64,000 bases of DNA from Candidatus Poribacteria bacterium (lineage in GTDB: Bacteria; Poribacteria; WGA-4E; UBA9662): positions 4,448 to 68,447 of the forward strand of contig PAQF01000079.1 in the NCBI GenBank assembly GCA_002709695.1. Direction: 5' to 3'. A program made the translations under genes and the position numbers. This document shows, in pieces, positions 1 through 8,358 of the stretch. Position 1 is the stretch's first letter. Every line of letters starts with the position of its first letter. Under the pieces are notes generated by a model. The model ran no database searches. It was given only the letters and a program-made list of their open reading frames with translations, and was not told where the DNA came from.

Positions 1-136
1 TGTCGTCGGCGGCACTGTTGATGCGCAAACCGGAAGAGAGTCGTTGAATATTTTTATTAAGCAGAGCTTGAGTGTTGTTAAGTTGGCTGTAAGCGAAAGT
101 CGAGGTCGGGTTACTTTGAAGTCTGAAAGAGTTCAT
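1..136 (-). CDS. fliC: Flagellin, first 45 codons only (gene runs off the left edge of the window)
   Basis: The reverse complement of 1-136 starts with ATG (136-134). It reads MNSFRLQSNPTSTFAYSQLNNTQALLNKNIQRLSSGLRINSAADD. LSSGLRINSAADD is the conserved flagellin N-terminal block. AGGAG at 148-144 lies 7 nt before the ATG. It is too short and truncated to appear in the ORF track. Confidence 0.85.
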   Translation of the reverse strand, partial: MNSFRLQSNPTSTFAYSQLNNTQALLNKNIQRLSSGLRINSAADD

Positions 137-224
137 TTTACTTCTCCTAATGTCTTTTAAACGGTTGTTGTTTGTGTGTTTAAACTGCCTTAATTGAGTT
201 CCTACACTCAATCAAGCTGTTTAT

Positions 225-251
225 ATATCGGCAGGATATAAAAAAACATTA
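225..251 (-). promoter_or_regulatory. Sigma-28 (FliA)-type promoter of the flagellin gene
   Basis: The minus strand reads TAATGTTT (251-244) - 11 nt - GCCGATAT (232-225). The class-3 flagellar consensus is TAAAGTTT-N11-GCCGATAA. The site is about 90 nt upstream of the flagellin ATG. Confidence 0.65.
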
Positions 252-677
252 GGATTTCAGCAAAAAAAAATAGAAAAAAGATGAAAAAATTAAAAATTGT
301 CCCTTCCAAGAAAAACTGTACATCCCAAGCGATGCCAAAAGTCCCAAGATGTTTTGGGAGATGACTAAGGCTTGAAGCAGCAATATCTCTACTTATTAAA
401 CTTGAAGTACTGGTAATTTCGGCAGTTTCACAGAAGTTCGATTCTCCCTCTGTAGAAATGCCATTTGTGCTTGTTGATTTACCTAATATTGTCATGTATA
501 ATCGATTTGTTCGTTGAATTCTCGTCTGCGTTCGGGAATGGTTGCGGCTTCTTTCAATCTCAAATACTTTAAAGGAAAGGGGAAATGTTAATTAATAATT
601 GCAACCATAGCGTAGCCAAAGGTTGATATACTTTCTTTATTATCCGTCGTTTGCAATCCCTACTTTCCGATTGAAGA

Positions 678-1127
678 ATGTATTCTCTATTGATGATGAT
701 TTCTGGCCTTAAAACGACCTTTCCCAAACACTTTCTAGAAGATGCTGTTATTGCTAAGTCGGATTACATAGATCGTCCTATGGTATTTGGTGAACCAAAC
801 CCTCCAGAGGGATTTGCAGGTCCTGACCAAAGTGGCAGACATTCTTTTGGAGTTTACGTTCCCAACAATAGCGAAGATATTTCGATGGAACAGTGGGTTT
901 TTCACGAGATGTTTCATCTTTATAATCGAAGAACTAAAGAATACCAGCCATTCATAGACAAGGCCTTTGCGAAAGAAGAAACTTTCATTAATTTAATTAC
1001 CTTTGCCGATCTTGCAAAGACTAAACCACAGCAAGAAGCCATACGTGAATGGTTTGATTATGTTGGGGCCAAAAAGAAATCCCTCCAAGAGATTAGAAGC
1101 ATATTGAATGTAATTAAACACTGGTAA
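678..1127 (+). CDS. Hypothetical protein with HExxH motif (possible small zinc metallopeptidase-like protein)
   Basis: 149-aa ORF containing FHEMFHLY (HEMFH = HExxH). No other recognisable domain. It is divergent from the flagellin gene. Confidence 0.4.
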   Translation: MYSLLMMISGLKTTFPKHFLEDAVIAKSDYIDRPMVFGEPNPPEGFAGPDQSGRHSFGVYVPNNSEDISMEQWVFHEMFHLYNRRTKEYQPFIDKAFAKEETFINLITFADLAKTKPQQEAIREWFDYVGAKKKSLQEIRSILNVIKHW

Positions 1128-1233
1128 TAAACATAATCAGAGATAATAAAACTGATTAGGTAAATTGAAGCAACGATGGTTTTAAGTCAACTCAACATTA
1201 AATTTGGATTTACAAAGTTAGGAGGTATTAGAC

Positions 1234-1992
1234 ATGAGTTTATCAAGTAAAGTTGCTATTATTACCGGAGCAGGCTCCGGTATTGGCAAACGGACAGCAC
1301 TAGCCCTTTTACAGGCAGGGTACTCGGTCACCTTGGCAGGACGACGTGTTGATCCATTGGAAACCACCGCTATGGAAGCGGAACAAACCGGTTCCCAAAC
1401 ATTGGTTGTTCCCACTGATGTAACAAACCCTACCTCAGTCCAAAACCTATTTTCAAAAACCAAGGAAACCTTTGGTCGCCTTGACGTGCTATTTAACAAT
1501 GCAGGTATAGGTGCTCCAGGTATACCATTAGAAGATCTGACCTATGATCAATGGAAATCGGTAGTCGATACCAATTTGACTGGACCATTCCTGTGCACAC
1601 AACAAGCATTCAAAATCATGAAAGCTCAGGATCCACAAGGTGGCCGCATCATTAATAACGGTTCCATATCGGCCCATGTCCCAAGACCCAATTCTTCGCC
1701 CTATACATCGACCAAACACGCAATGACAGGACTGACAAAATCGACTTCTCTTGATGGACGCAAGTATGATATTGCCTGCGGTCAAATTGATATTGGCAAC
1801 GCTGCCACGGATATGACTGGCAGAATGCAACAGGGAGTGCCACAAGCCAATGGGGCCGTAGCCGTCGAACCCAGAATGGACGCAGAAAACGTAGCCCAAG
1901 CTGTCGTCTACATGGCAAGTCTGCCATTGGATGCTAATGTACAGTTTATGACTGTGATGGCTACTCAAATGCCTTACATTGGACGTGGGTAA
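1234..1992 (+). CDS. Short-chain dehydrogenase/reductase (SDR) family oxidoreductase
   Basis: Contains TGAGSGIG (Rossmann TGxxxGxG), NNAG and YTSTKHA (catalytic YxxxK). GGAGG lies upstream of the ATG. Typical 252-aa length. Confidence 0.9.
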   Translation: MSLSSKVAIITGAGSGIGKRTALALLQAGYSVTLAGRRVDPLETTAMEAEQTGSQTLVVPTDVTNPTSVQNLFSKTKETFGRLDVLFNNAGIGAPGIPLEDLTYDQWKSVVDTNLTGPFLCTQQAFKIMKAQDPQGGRIINNGSISAHVPRPNSSPYTSTKHAMTGLTKSTSLDGRKYDIACGQIDIGNAATDMTGRMQQGVPQANGAVAVEPRMDAENVAQAVVYMASLPLDANVQFMTVMATQMPYIGRG

Positions 1993-2107
1993 AGAGGCCA
2001 ACTTGCCTGCCAAATTAAAAGAAACCTTGGTGGTCTTTATAAAACAATCAAGGAAAACAGACTGTGAGTTTAGAACCAGAAATCGAAAAAACGAAAAGTC
2101 TATAGGA

Positions 2108-2290
2108 GAAAAACTTAATCTTCACATTTCCCTTGATCATTCAATATTGGAAGTTTATGCTAATAGCCGCCAGTACATCCCTAGCTATCCAATACGGTCG
2201 GATAGTGTAGGTATAAGTCTGTTTTCAAGCGGTGGACCAGTAAATGTTAAAACAATTCAGGCTTGGGATATGGCTCCAGCTGATAACTGA
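2108..2290 (+). pseudogene. Remnant resembling the C-terminal beta-sandwich of a GH32-type glycosidase
   Basis: The ORF tail EKLNLHISLDHSILEVYANSRQYIPSYPIRSDSVGISLFSSGGPVNVKTIQAWDM resembles the GH32 C-terminal pattern (l.ifvD.SsvEvF.N.G...t.riyp ... l.vw.l). No catalytic N-terminal part is present. It abuts the SDR stop. Confidence 0.35.
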
Positions 2291-2340
2291 GTGCTGCGCA
2301 GCCATATTTACTGTATATAGAAGTAGATATGGTCTGTATG

Positions 2341-4386
2341 CTATTGAAGATCATTTCGGGCAGGCAAGGAAACTCGGTTATCATCAGTGTAAAGTCCAAT
2401 TTTTTTTACTGGTATCGGTTGAAAACCAGTATTGTAAACGTCAGAATCGTTAGCCAATTGAAATTGGTCTGGGCTATCTCCACCCAGAGACTCTGGTAGC
2501 TGGTCAATCAAGTTTTGTCGAAAGGTAACGTAAGATCGAGCTTGATCTTGAACACCATCCCATTTTCCTTTCTGTACTATGTTATTAGCTATCAGGTTCC
2601 CTTTAGGTGCTGCTGGTTCGTCTTCCCAAATATTAACCAGCTCAGGATATTGCTTTGCCCATAGTTGGTCTTGGTAAGGCATGGCTATCAATCGCTCTTT
2701 CATAATCTGATCGACATGGTAACCAGCCCAACCCATTGCCCGGGCATCTACATGAAGTGCCGGATTGCAGTCTATAAAGATATTGTTTTCAATCTTGCAA
2801 TCACGACCTCCACCAATAAAGGCTGCTCGGGTTACTTTGTAAAACAGGTTGCCATAGATATTGGTTCCAGAAAACATATCGTCCAGATAAACGCCAACGC
2901 AACCACGTTTCTCAAAACCATCAATATGATGCAAGAAATTATGGCGGATAATGGTTCCACGCATGGTCCAGTCCCGTCCGCAATAAACTGCCCCGGCATC
3001 ATTAGATTCATAACAAACACGATGAATTTCGTTAAATTCGATTAGATGATTGTTTCCGCTAAATCCGATTGCCATGTGAGGAGCGTGATGAATTAGGTTA
3101 TGTGTAGCACGGTTGCCTACACCATTTAGCGAAATTGCTGGTTGGTAGACTCGGTCCCAACGGCTATAATGATGGATGTGATTGTTTTCAGCATAATGCT
3201 GGGCTGATTGAAGTTTGAGTCTATCCCCGCCTGAAAGCGAAATGCCCCCTTTTCCTGTCTGATAGATGTCGCAACTCTGTACACCAATTTTGCTTCCTCC
3301 GGACACCCGAACGGCCCAACCCCCAAGGTTTCGAAAAGTGCAACCTACTAAACAATTGGATTCACCACCAGTGATTAAAACACCATGCTCTCTGGCAGCT
3401 TCAAAGATAAATCCCTTTAAAGTAACATGGCTAACATTTTCCATCTTGACCATGGTGTTAATTACTGAAACAGTGGCCTGATTTTCTTCCAATGGCGATG
3501 GCGGCCAAAAATAAAGGAGCGATGTTTTCCGATCAAGGTACCATTGCCCAGGTTGGTCAAGTTCAGCTAGAATGTTGAAGGCATAGAACCATTGTCCTGT
3601 TCGGTAACCGTAACTGTGATATGGAGGTTTAACCGAAATAATTCGATTTTCTGTGTCAATTGATTCAACTGCATGCCGCTGTTCCGACCAATCCCAGAAC
3701 CAATAGCCATGAACCCAAATATCATTTTCGTCTGCCCAACGTTCAGGTTGATCACTGTGATACTTGAATTTTCCAATTTTATCACCTTTAGTACCACGGA
3801 CATCAACCGGGTCGCCACCCACCAATTCTGTTATTTTGATAAATTCCTGATTAGGCCATCGAGATAGCGTCATCGGCTGATCGGCAAAAAATAGTTCCAG
3901 CCCACTGCCACCAGCCAATCCAAAATTGTTTATCCCCAATTGCCCCAAATCGGTTTGTTTTATATGTTCTATAGCCTTCGATTGGAGTCGGTTTCGTATT
4001 TCAGGATCAGAAACAGGTTCAAAATCAGTAATTAGATGTCCTCCAACAAGTCGTACTTCCTGCCCTGATTCAGCGCTGTAGACAACTGGAATACTTTCTT
4101 CTCCCGAATCTTGATCATACAACTCAAAAGAAGCAGGTAATTGGTATATACCACCACTTAGTACAACGTTTATTCCTTGACCTTTCGATCTAAGCTCTTC
4201 CCAAGCGTTGGAATTCTTGATTTTTCGAATCGTATTTCTAGCGCCTTCCAATGACCCCAGAGGACCATCTGTTTTCAAAGCATTAGGTTCAGGTAGATAA
4301 CCAGACCATAAGTCATTTCCGTGGCAACTGACATGTATTACCAACTCATCTTGTTTCGTTCTAGCTCTAGTATTGGATACCGGCAT
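2341..4386 (-). CDS. Right-handed parallel beta-helix repeat protein (pectate-lyase-fold, probable polysaccharide-active enzyme)
   Basis: 681-aa ORF with repeated short G/N/H-rich turns (NNHIHH, THNLIHH, GNNHLIEFNEIH, IRHNFLHH, IENNIFIDC) typical of beta-helix coils. Confidence 0.7.
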   Translation of the reverse strand: MPVSNTRARTKQDELVIHVSCHGNDLWSGYLPEPNALKTDGPLGSLEGARNTIRKIKNSNAWEELRSKGQGINVVLSGGIYQLPASFELYDQDSGEESIPVVYSAESGQEVRLVGGHLITDFEPVSDPEIRNRLQSKAIEHIKQTDLGQLGINNFGLAGGSGLELFFADQPMTLSRWPNQEFIKITELVGGDPVDVRGTKGDKIGKFKYHSDQPERWADENDIWVHGYWFWDWSEQRHAVESIDTENRIISVKPPYHSYGYRTGQWFYAFNILAELDQPGQWYLDRKTSLLYFWPPSPLEENQATVSVINTMVKMENVSHVTLKGFIFEAAREHGVLITGGESNCLVGCTFRNLGGWAVRVSGGSKIGVQSCDIYQTGKGGISLSGGDRLKLQSAQHYAENNHIHHYSRWDRVYQPAISLNGVGNRATHNLIHHAPHMAIGFSGNNHLIEFNEIHRVCYESNDAGAVYCGRDWTMRGTIIRHNFLHHIDGFEKRGCVGVYLDDMFSGTNIYGNLFYKVTRAAFIGGGRDCKIENNIFIDCNPALHVDARAMGWAGYHVDQIMKERLIAMPYQDQLWAKQYPELVNIWEDEPAAPKGNLIANNIVQKGKWDGVQDQARSYVTFRQNLIDQLPESLGGDSPDQFQLANDSDVYNTGFQPIPVKKIGLYTDDNRVSLPARNDLQ

Positions 4387-4492
4387 CTTTTCCCCTTCTT
4401 TTAAAAGCTAATGTTAATAATAAAAAAATGTAACTAGTATAAGTACAAGAAAATATCTAATTTTCAAGATAGCTATCCGCCTGAGAAATCAG

Positions 4493-5317
4493 TTAATCAA
4501 TTTTTATTTCGATTGGTAAATCGTGTCGGTCTCCCCATTCCTTCCAAGAACCAATGTAGTTACTTACCCTCGGGTATCCTAAGAGACGTAATGCTAAATA
4601 GGAATGAGCTGAACGATATCCACCTTGGCAGTAGCAAGCTACACGTTTCTCAGCAGTGACACCTGCTTGTGTGTACATTTTTTGCAACTGAGAAACTGAC
4701 TTGAATGTCCCATTTGGGTTAAGGTTTTCTATCCATTCGATGTGAATTGAGCCCGGGATGGCGCCAGCCCGAGCTGCACGAGCAACACGAGCATAATGTT
4801 CATCAGCTGAGCGAGTGTCAAGAACCACTAAATTTGGATCGTCAAGTTGACCTAAAATTTCCTCAACATTTATATGCGTGTCAGGCTGGGGGGAAATTGG
4901 TAAACCAGTCAGGTTAGGAGGAACAACTGGATTGGTATCTATCACACCTCCAGCCTGTAACCATGACTGAATACCACCATCAAGTACTTGAGTCTTACTG
5001 TGCCCTAGATACTCGCAGAACCAAAGCCCTCGTGCTGCACACATTCCAGAAACATCTTCATAAAAAACGATGCTTCTATTGAGATCAACACCACGACGTG
5101 CGAACAGAATACCAATCATTGACATAAAGGCTTTAAATGGTTGTTCTCTAGTGTCAGTCAAGCTAATTGAGAAAAGATCGAGAGGGACAGCATTAGGAAT
5201 ATGCCCTGCCATGTATTGATGTACTGGACGAGTATCCACTATGCAATGTTCTGATGCCTGTGTGATTAATTCTGTAGCTGAAATTAACAGTTCGCTGTTA
5301 ACATACTCTTTATTCAA
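4493..5317 (-). CDS. Tandem-rhodanese sulfurtransferase
   Basis: 274 aa, two rhodanese-like halves. The second carries the active-site loop CYCQGGYRS (CxxGxR[ST]). Confidence 0.8.
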   Translation of the reverse strand: MNKEYVNSELLISATELITQASEHCIVDTRPVHQYMAGHIPNAVPLDLFSISLTDTREQPFKAFMSMIGILFARRGVDLNRSIVFYEDVSGMCAARGLWFCEYLGHSKTQVLDGGIQSWLQAGGVIDTNPVVPPNLTGLPISPQPDTHINVEEILGQLDDPNLVVLDTRSADEHYARVARAARAGAIPGSIHIEWIENLNPNGTFKSVSQLQKMYTQAGVTAEKRVACYCQGGYRSAHSYLALRLLGYPRVSNYIGSWKEWGDRHDLPIEIKID

Positions 5318-5510
5318 GATTACCTCCTAGGTTAGATCTTTATCACCGAGAAACGAGATGCATAATAAAATTGCATGCTAAGGTCTCGGGCAAACAGAGA
5401 TTAGCAAATGGACCATTTTTTAAGTGCCATCAAACAGTAAACAATACTTTAAAATTGAAAACAAAAAAATTATTATTTTATAATTAAATATTCATTAAAA
5501 TATAAAAACT

Positions 5511-5609
5511 TGTATTTATTTACAAATAAAAAAAAGGCGATTACAAGCAAAAGGTTAAGTAAATTTGTATTTATTTTCAATAAAAATGCAGTAAATATGT
5601 GTTTATTTT
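5511..5609 (+). repeat. Three direct iteron-like repeats TGT(A/G)TTTATTT in a 1.1-kb ORF-free AT-rich tract
   Basis: tgtatttattt occurs at 5511, tgtatttatttt at 5566 and tgtgtttatttt at 5598. The surrounding DNA is very AT-rich with A/T runs. Confidence 0.45.
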
Positions 5610-6161
5610 ATACTCCAATCAAAAAAAACGTTGTCAAAATCTACCTCAAAATCGTTTTTTGAGGCTCACACAAGGGTAAAGTGCCCAGACAAGTCGAACT
5701 TCTTCATATACGAAGTTTTGAGGGGGCTTACAAGGAAATCGCATTTTTAAATGGATACTAGTGTCTTCTAAGGTAATATGAGTGAATACAAATAAGCATG
5801 AAGAGCTTCGTAGCGTTATATTTTTCTAACAGCAAATAGAAACGGCAGTAAAGCAAAACAAATTGGCATTGACACTTGGCAGTTGCACTGAAAAATCGTG
5901 CAGGTTTTAAAAAGTTAATACTAGTGAGTAACTGCATCATACATATGTTATCCGAAACTAGGGAACAGCGTTTATGGCAAGCAAAAGAGAGCCTTTAAGA
6001 ATTGGTCACACATAGATATCCTGGAATGCTGATGGAAGCTAAAAAGAAGTTGTAATTAACACTCGCGAATATGCCACAAGACAGAGGGATCGCACCCAAA
6101 ACCCGTACTTAAGTTTGAATGTTTTATACATATAAACTTAAATGAAACCATGTTAAATTAC

Positions 6162-6330
6162 TGTATTTTACTTTCAATGTATAAAACATAGACTTAAGTA
6201 AAACAACAAAGCGAGGAACTAACCTTCTAAAACCTATAATAACAGGAAAAACCGCTGTTTCAATATTTGGCTTACAGAGGCTTCGGCTGTACTTAAGTTT
6301 GTATGTTTTATACATTGAAAGTAAAATACA
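6162..6330. repeat. 29-bp perfect inverted repeats (6162-6190 / 6302-6330) bracketing a 111-bp segment
   Basis: 6162-6190 tgtattttactttcaatgtataaaacata is the exact reverse complement of 6302-6330. A partial third copy of the core (atgttttatacat) lies at 6119-6131, inside a 24-nt direct repeat (6108-6131 vs 6292-6315, 1 mismatch). Confidence 0.9.
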
Positions 6331-6373
6331 TCCTCGTTTTTTAGTTGTATTTAAGTTTATATGTAAAATACTT

Positions 6374-6397
6374 GTATTTAAGTTGAAACTTAAATAC
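6374..6397. promoter_or_regulatory. Palindromic 11-2-11 site (gtatttaagtt-ga-aacttaaatac), candidate recombinase binding, crossover or operator site
   Basis: The arms are perfectly symmetric with a 2-bp centre, 64 bp upstream of the recombinase ATG. Related half-sites GTA(C/T)TTAAGTT occur at 6105, 6289 and 6347, and in reverse and imperfect form at 6135-6145. Confidence 0.5.
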
Positions 6398-6460
6398 AAC
6401 CTTGGACGTAATGAAAAGTAGAATCTTTTTTATTGAACAATGCATTAACAAGGGGATCTA

Positions 6461-7081
6461 ATGGAAGTAAAGCGGATTGGGTTGTATATTAGGTGTTCCA
6501 CTGATAAACAAGAAGTTGTCTTGCAAAGAGAACAACTCTATGAATATGTAGACTTTATACGTAGAAGGAACCAAGATATTGACTACCTAACCCAAGAATT
6601 TGTTGATGAAGGTGAATCAGGAGGTAGCCTCAAACGACCTCAGTTTACACGTATGATAGAAGCTGTCCAAGATGGTCGGCTCGACTATATTATGGTAACA
6701 AGATTAGACAGACTTTCACGGTCTCTACAGGACCTCCTCAACACTACGACAACCCTGAAAAATCATGACTGTGATTTTGTTATTACTGACCAAAATATTG
6801 ATACATCTACTCCCCAAGGGAGATTGCTTTTCCAAATCATGGGTGCTTTTGCCGAATTCGAAAGGGAAGCAATTCGAGAACGCATGCAACATGGACGCAA
6901 GAAAGCCGCCATTGGAGGAAGTAAATCTGGCAAACCATGCAATCGCCCTAAACTGGATGTAGATGTGGATGGCATCGCTTACAAATTTGAGAATGGCATG
7001 AGTATGAACCAAATTGCCAAAGAATACGAAGTCAGCATCACACTTGTTAGAAGCCGCCTTCAAGAGCGCGGATTACGCTAA
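6461..7081 (+). CDS. Small serine recombinase (resolvase/invertase family)
   Basis: The N-terminus RIGLYIRCSTDKQ carries the catalytic Ser. Also present are RLDRLSRS, the E-helix GRLLFQIMGAFAEFEREAIRERM and a C-terminal HTH (MSMNQIAKEYEVSITLVRSRL). 206 aa. Confidence 0.9.
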   Translation: MEVKRIGLYIRCSTDKQEVVLQREQLYEYVDFIRRRNQDIDYLTQEFVDEGESGGSLKRPQFTRMIEAVQDGRLDYIMVTRLDRLSRSLQDLLNTTTTLKNHDCDFVITDQNIDTSTPQGRLLFQIMGAFAEFEREAIRERMQHGRKKAAIGGSKSGKPCNRPKLDVDVDGIAYKFENGMSMNQIAKEYEVSITLVRSRLQERGLR

Positions 7082-7088
7082 GACATAC

Positions 7089-7436
7089 TCAGACTTCATT
7101 AGGGTCTGGTGCATTATTTTCTATTATTTGAGAAGCAGTCAGATGTTGCAAAAGAACTTGGCGACATTCATCTTCCGACGTAATATCTGTCAGATCAATG
7201 TTACTGAGTTCAAGTGCATCAATTAACGCTCGTATAATTGCAGTACGTTTGACAACCTGCCCCGAATTAGCACGAATGTCATTAGCAAGCCCATCGAGAA
7301 ACACAACCTGCCGATTAAGTAATGATGTTGTGACTTTAGTCCAATCCTCTTGTTGGTGAAGTGGTGGGCGCCCACGATTGGACTTTTTAGCTGTTGAAGC
7401 AAAGATGTCGTCAGGTGTTTTTCCTACCTTTGTCAA
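7089..7436 (-). CDS. Ribbon-helix-helix (CopG/ParG-like) putative centromere-binding partner of ParA
   Basis: 115 aa with a disordered basic N-terminus (KKSNRGRPP). This is followed by a strand-helix-helix pattern (KVTTSLLNRQVVFLDGLANDI ... RTAIIRALIDAL). Its start overlaps the ParA stop by 4 nt (7433-7436). Confidence 0.5.
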   Translation of the reverse strand: MTKVGKTPDDIFASTAKKSNRGRPPLHQQEDWTKVTTSLLNRQVVFLDGLANDIRANSGQVVKRTAIIRALIDALELSNIDLTDITSEDECRQVLLQHLTASQIIENNAPDPNEV

Positions 7437-8212
7437 TTTACTCCCTCCTTTTTAAGCATCCTATCGAGAATCTCAATAGTTAGGTCTGTATATGCTTTAG
7501 ACCCATTTGACTCTGGGGCATAGTCGTATATACTTTGCCCAAAACCTGGTGCTTCAGCCAAAGCTGAGCTAATGCCAATTTCAGTGTTAAATACAGTGTT
7601 TTTGTAATGATCACGAATCATGTGAATTAGTTCTTCTGTAGCGTTGGATCGTCTGTCAACCATTGTTAATAAGATGCCCAGAAATTTAGCAATCTTACCA
7701 ATACCTTCTTGTGTTTTTTCTACCGCTGAGAGTAGTGTAACAACCCCTTCAAGAGCCAAGTACTGTGGACACACTGGCACTATAAATGCATCGGCAGTAA
7801 CTAATGCGTTCACTGTTAAGATAGACAGTGAAGGTGGACAGTCAAACACAATATAAGTATATTCATCCAACAGACTTTCGACAGCATACCTCAGTTGATT
7901 TTCTCTGCCTTTAACATTAGACATAATTACGTCAGCGTTCGCTAACTCCATTGATCCCGTAATAAGATCTAAGCCATTAACAGAAGTTCGTCGTACGGTT
8001 TCTTGAATCGGAACTTGATCAAAAAAAACATTCCCAATAGAAGGAGTCAAATCTTGCCTTCCAATGCCAAACGAAAAGGAAGCTGAGCTTTGGCTATCTA
8101 AATCAATTATTAAAACACGGGCATCTCCAGAGGCGAAACGAGCTGAAAGGTTGACGGCAGTCGTTGTTTTCCCAACTCCACCTTTACTATTAACAACTGC
8201 AAGTGTTTTCAT
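7433..8212 (-). CDS. parA: ParA/Soj-family partition ATPase
   Basis: Deviant Walker A NSKGGVGKTTTAVNLS, followed by IIDLDSQ and FDCPPSL. 259 aa. Confidence 0.9.
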   Translation of the reverse strand: MKTLAVVNSKGGVGKTTTAVNLSARFASGDARVLIIDLDSQSSASFSFGIGRQDLTPSIGNVFFDQVPIQETVRRTSVNGLDLITGSMELANADVIMSNVKGRENQLRYAVESLLDEYTYIVFDCPPSLSILTVNALVTADAFIVPVCPQYLALEGVVTLLSAVEKTQEGIGKIAKFLGILLTMVDRRSNATEELIHMIRDHYKNTVFNTEIGISSALAEAPGFGQSIYDYAPESNGSKAYTDLTIEILDRMLKKEGVN

Positions 8213-8221
8213 AATACAAAT

Positions 8222-8357
8222 TTAATTAATCTTGGAATTATTTTTTCTGGGGATAAAGAATTCATTATTTTTTACATATTTAATTAAAGAATTAAAGGCG
8301 TGTGAAATGTTTTCATGTTAGATCAACTGGATTGAAATTTAATATTAAATTAATTAC
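8222..8357. promoter_or_regulatory. AT-rich leader of the parA operon with repeated TTAATTAA palindromes (possible operator/centromere repeats)
   Basis: TTAATTAA occurs at 8222-8229 and 8280-8287, and a related aaattaatta at 8347-8356. aaagaatt is repeated at 8266 and 8287. Confidence 0.3.
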
Positions 8358-8358
8358 G

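Noticed and set aside
208-495. 95-aa minus-strand ORF upstream of the flagellin gene
   Set aside because: It has a low-complexity, Phe/Ile-rich tail derived from A/T runs. The sigma-28 promoter lies inside its 3' end. It has no RBS or motif. The same reasoning applies to ORFs 5758-5940 and 6124-6399, which lie in the AT-rich repeat region.
5697-5717. aacttcttcatatacgaagtt, which contains TATACGAAGTT and so matches 11 nt of a loxP arm
   Set aside because: The left arm is imperfect and there is no 8-bp spacer. No tyrosine recombinase is present in the window. It is most simply a small imperfect hairpin in AT-rich DNA.
7433-8212. The ParA-like ATPase as a flagellar FlhG/MinD-type regulator, given the flagellin genes in the window
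   Set aside because: It is translationally coupled to a small RHH protein and sits beside a resolvase and an AT-rich repeat tract, 7 kb from the flagellin gene. No flhF or other flagellar genes are nearby. The plasmid-type partition reading fits better.
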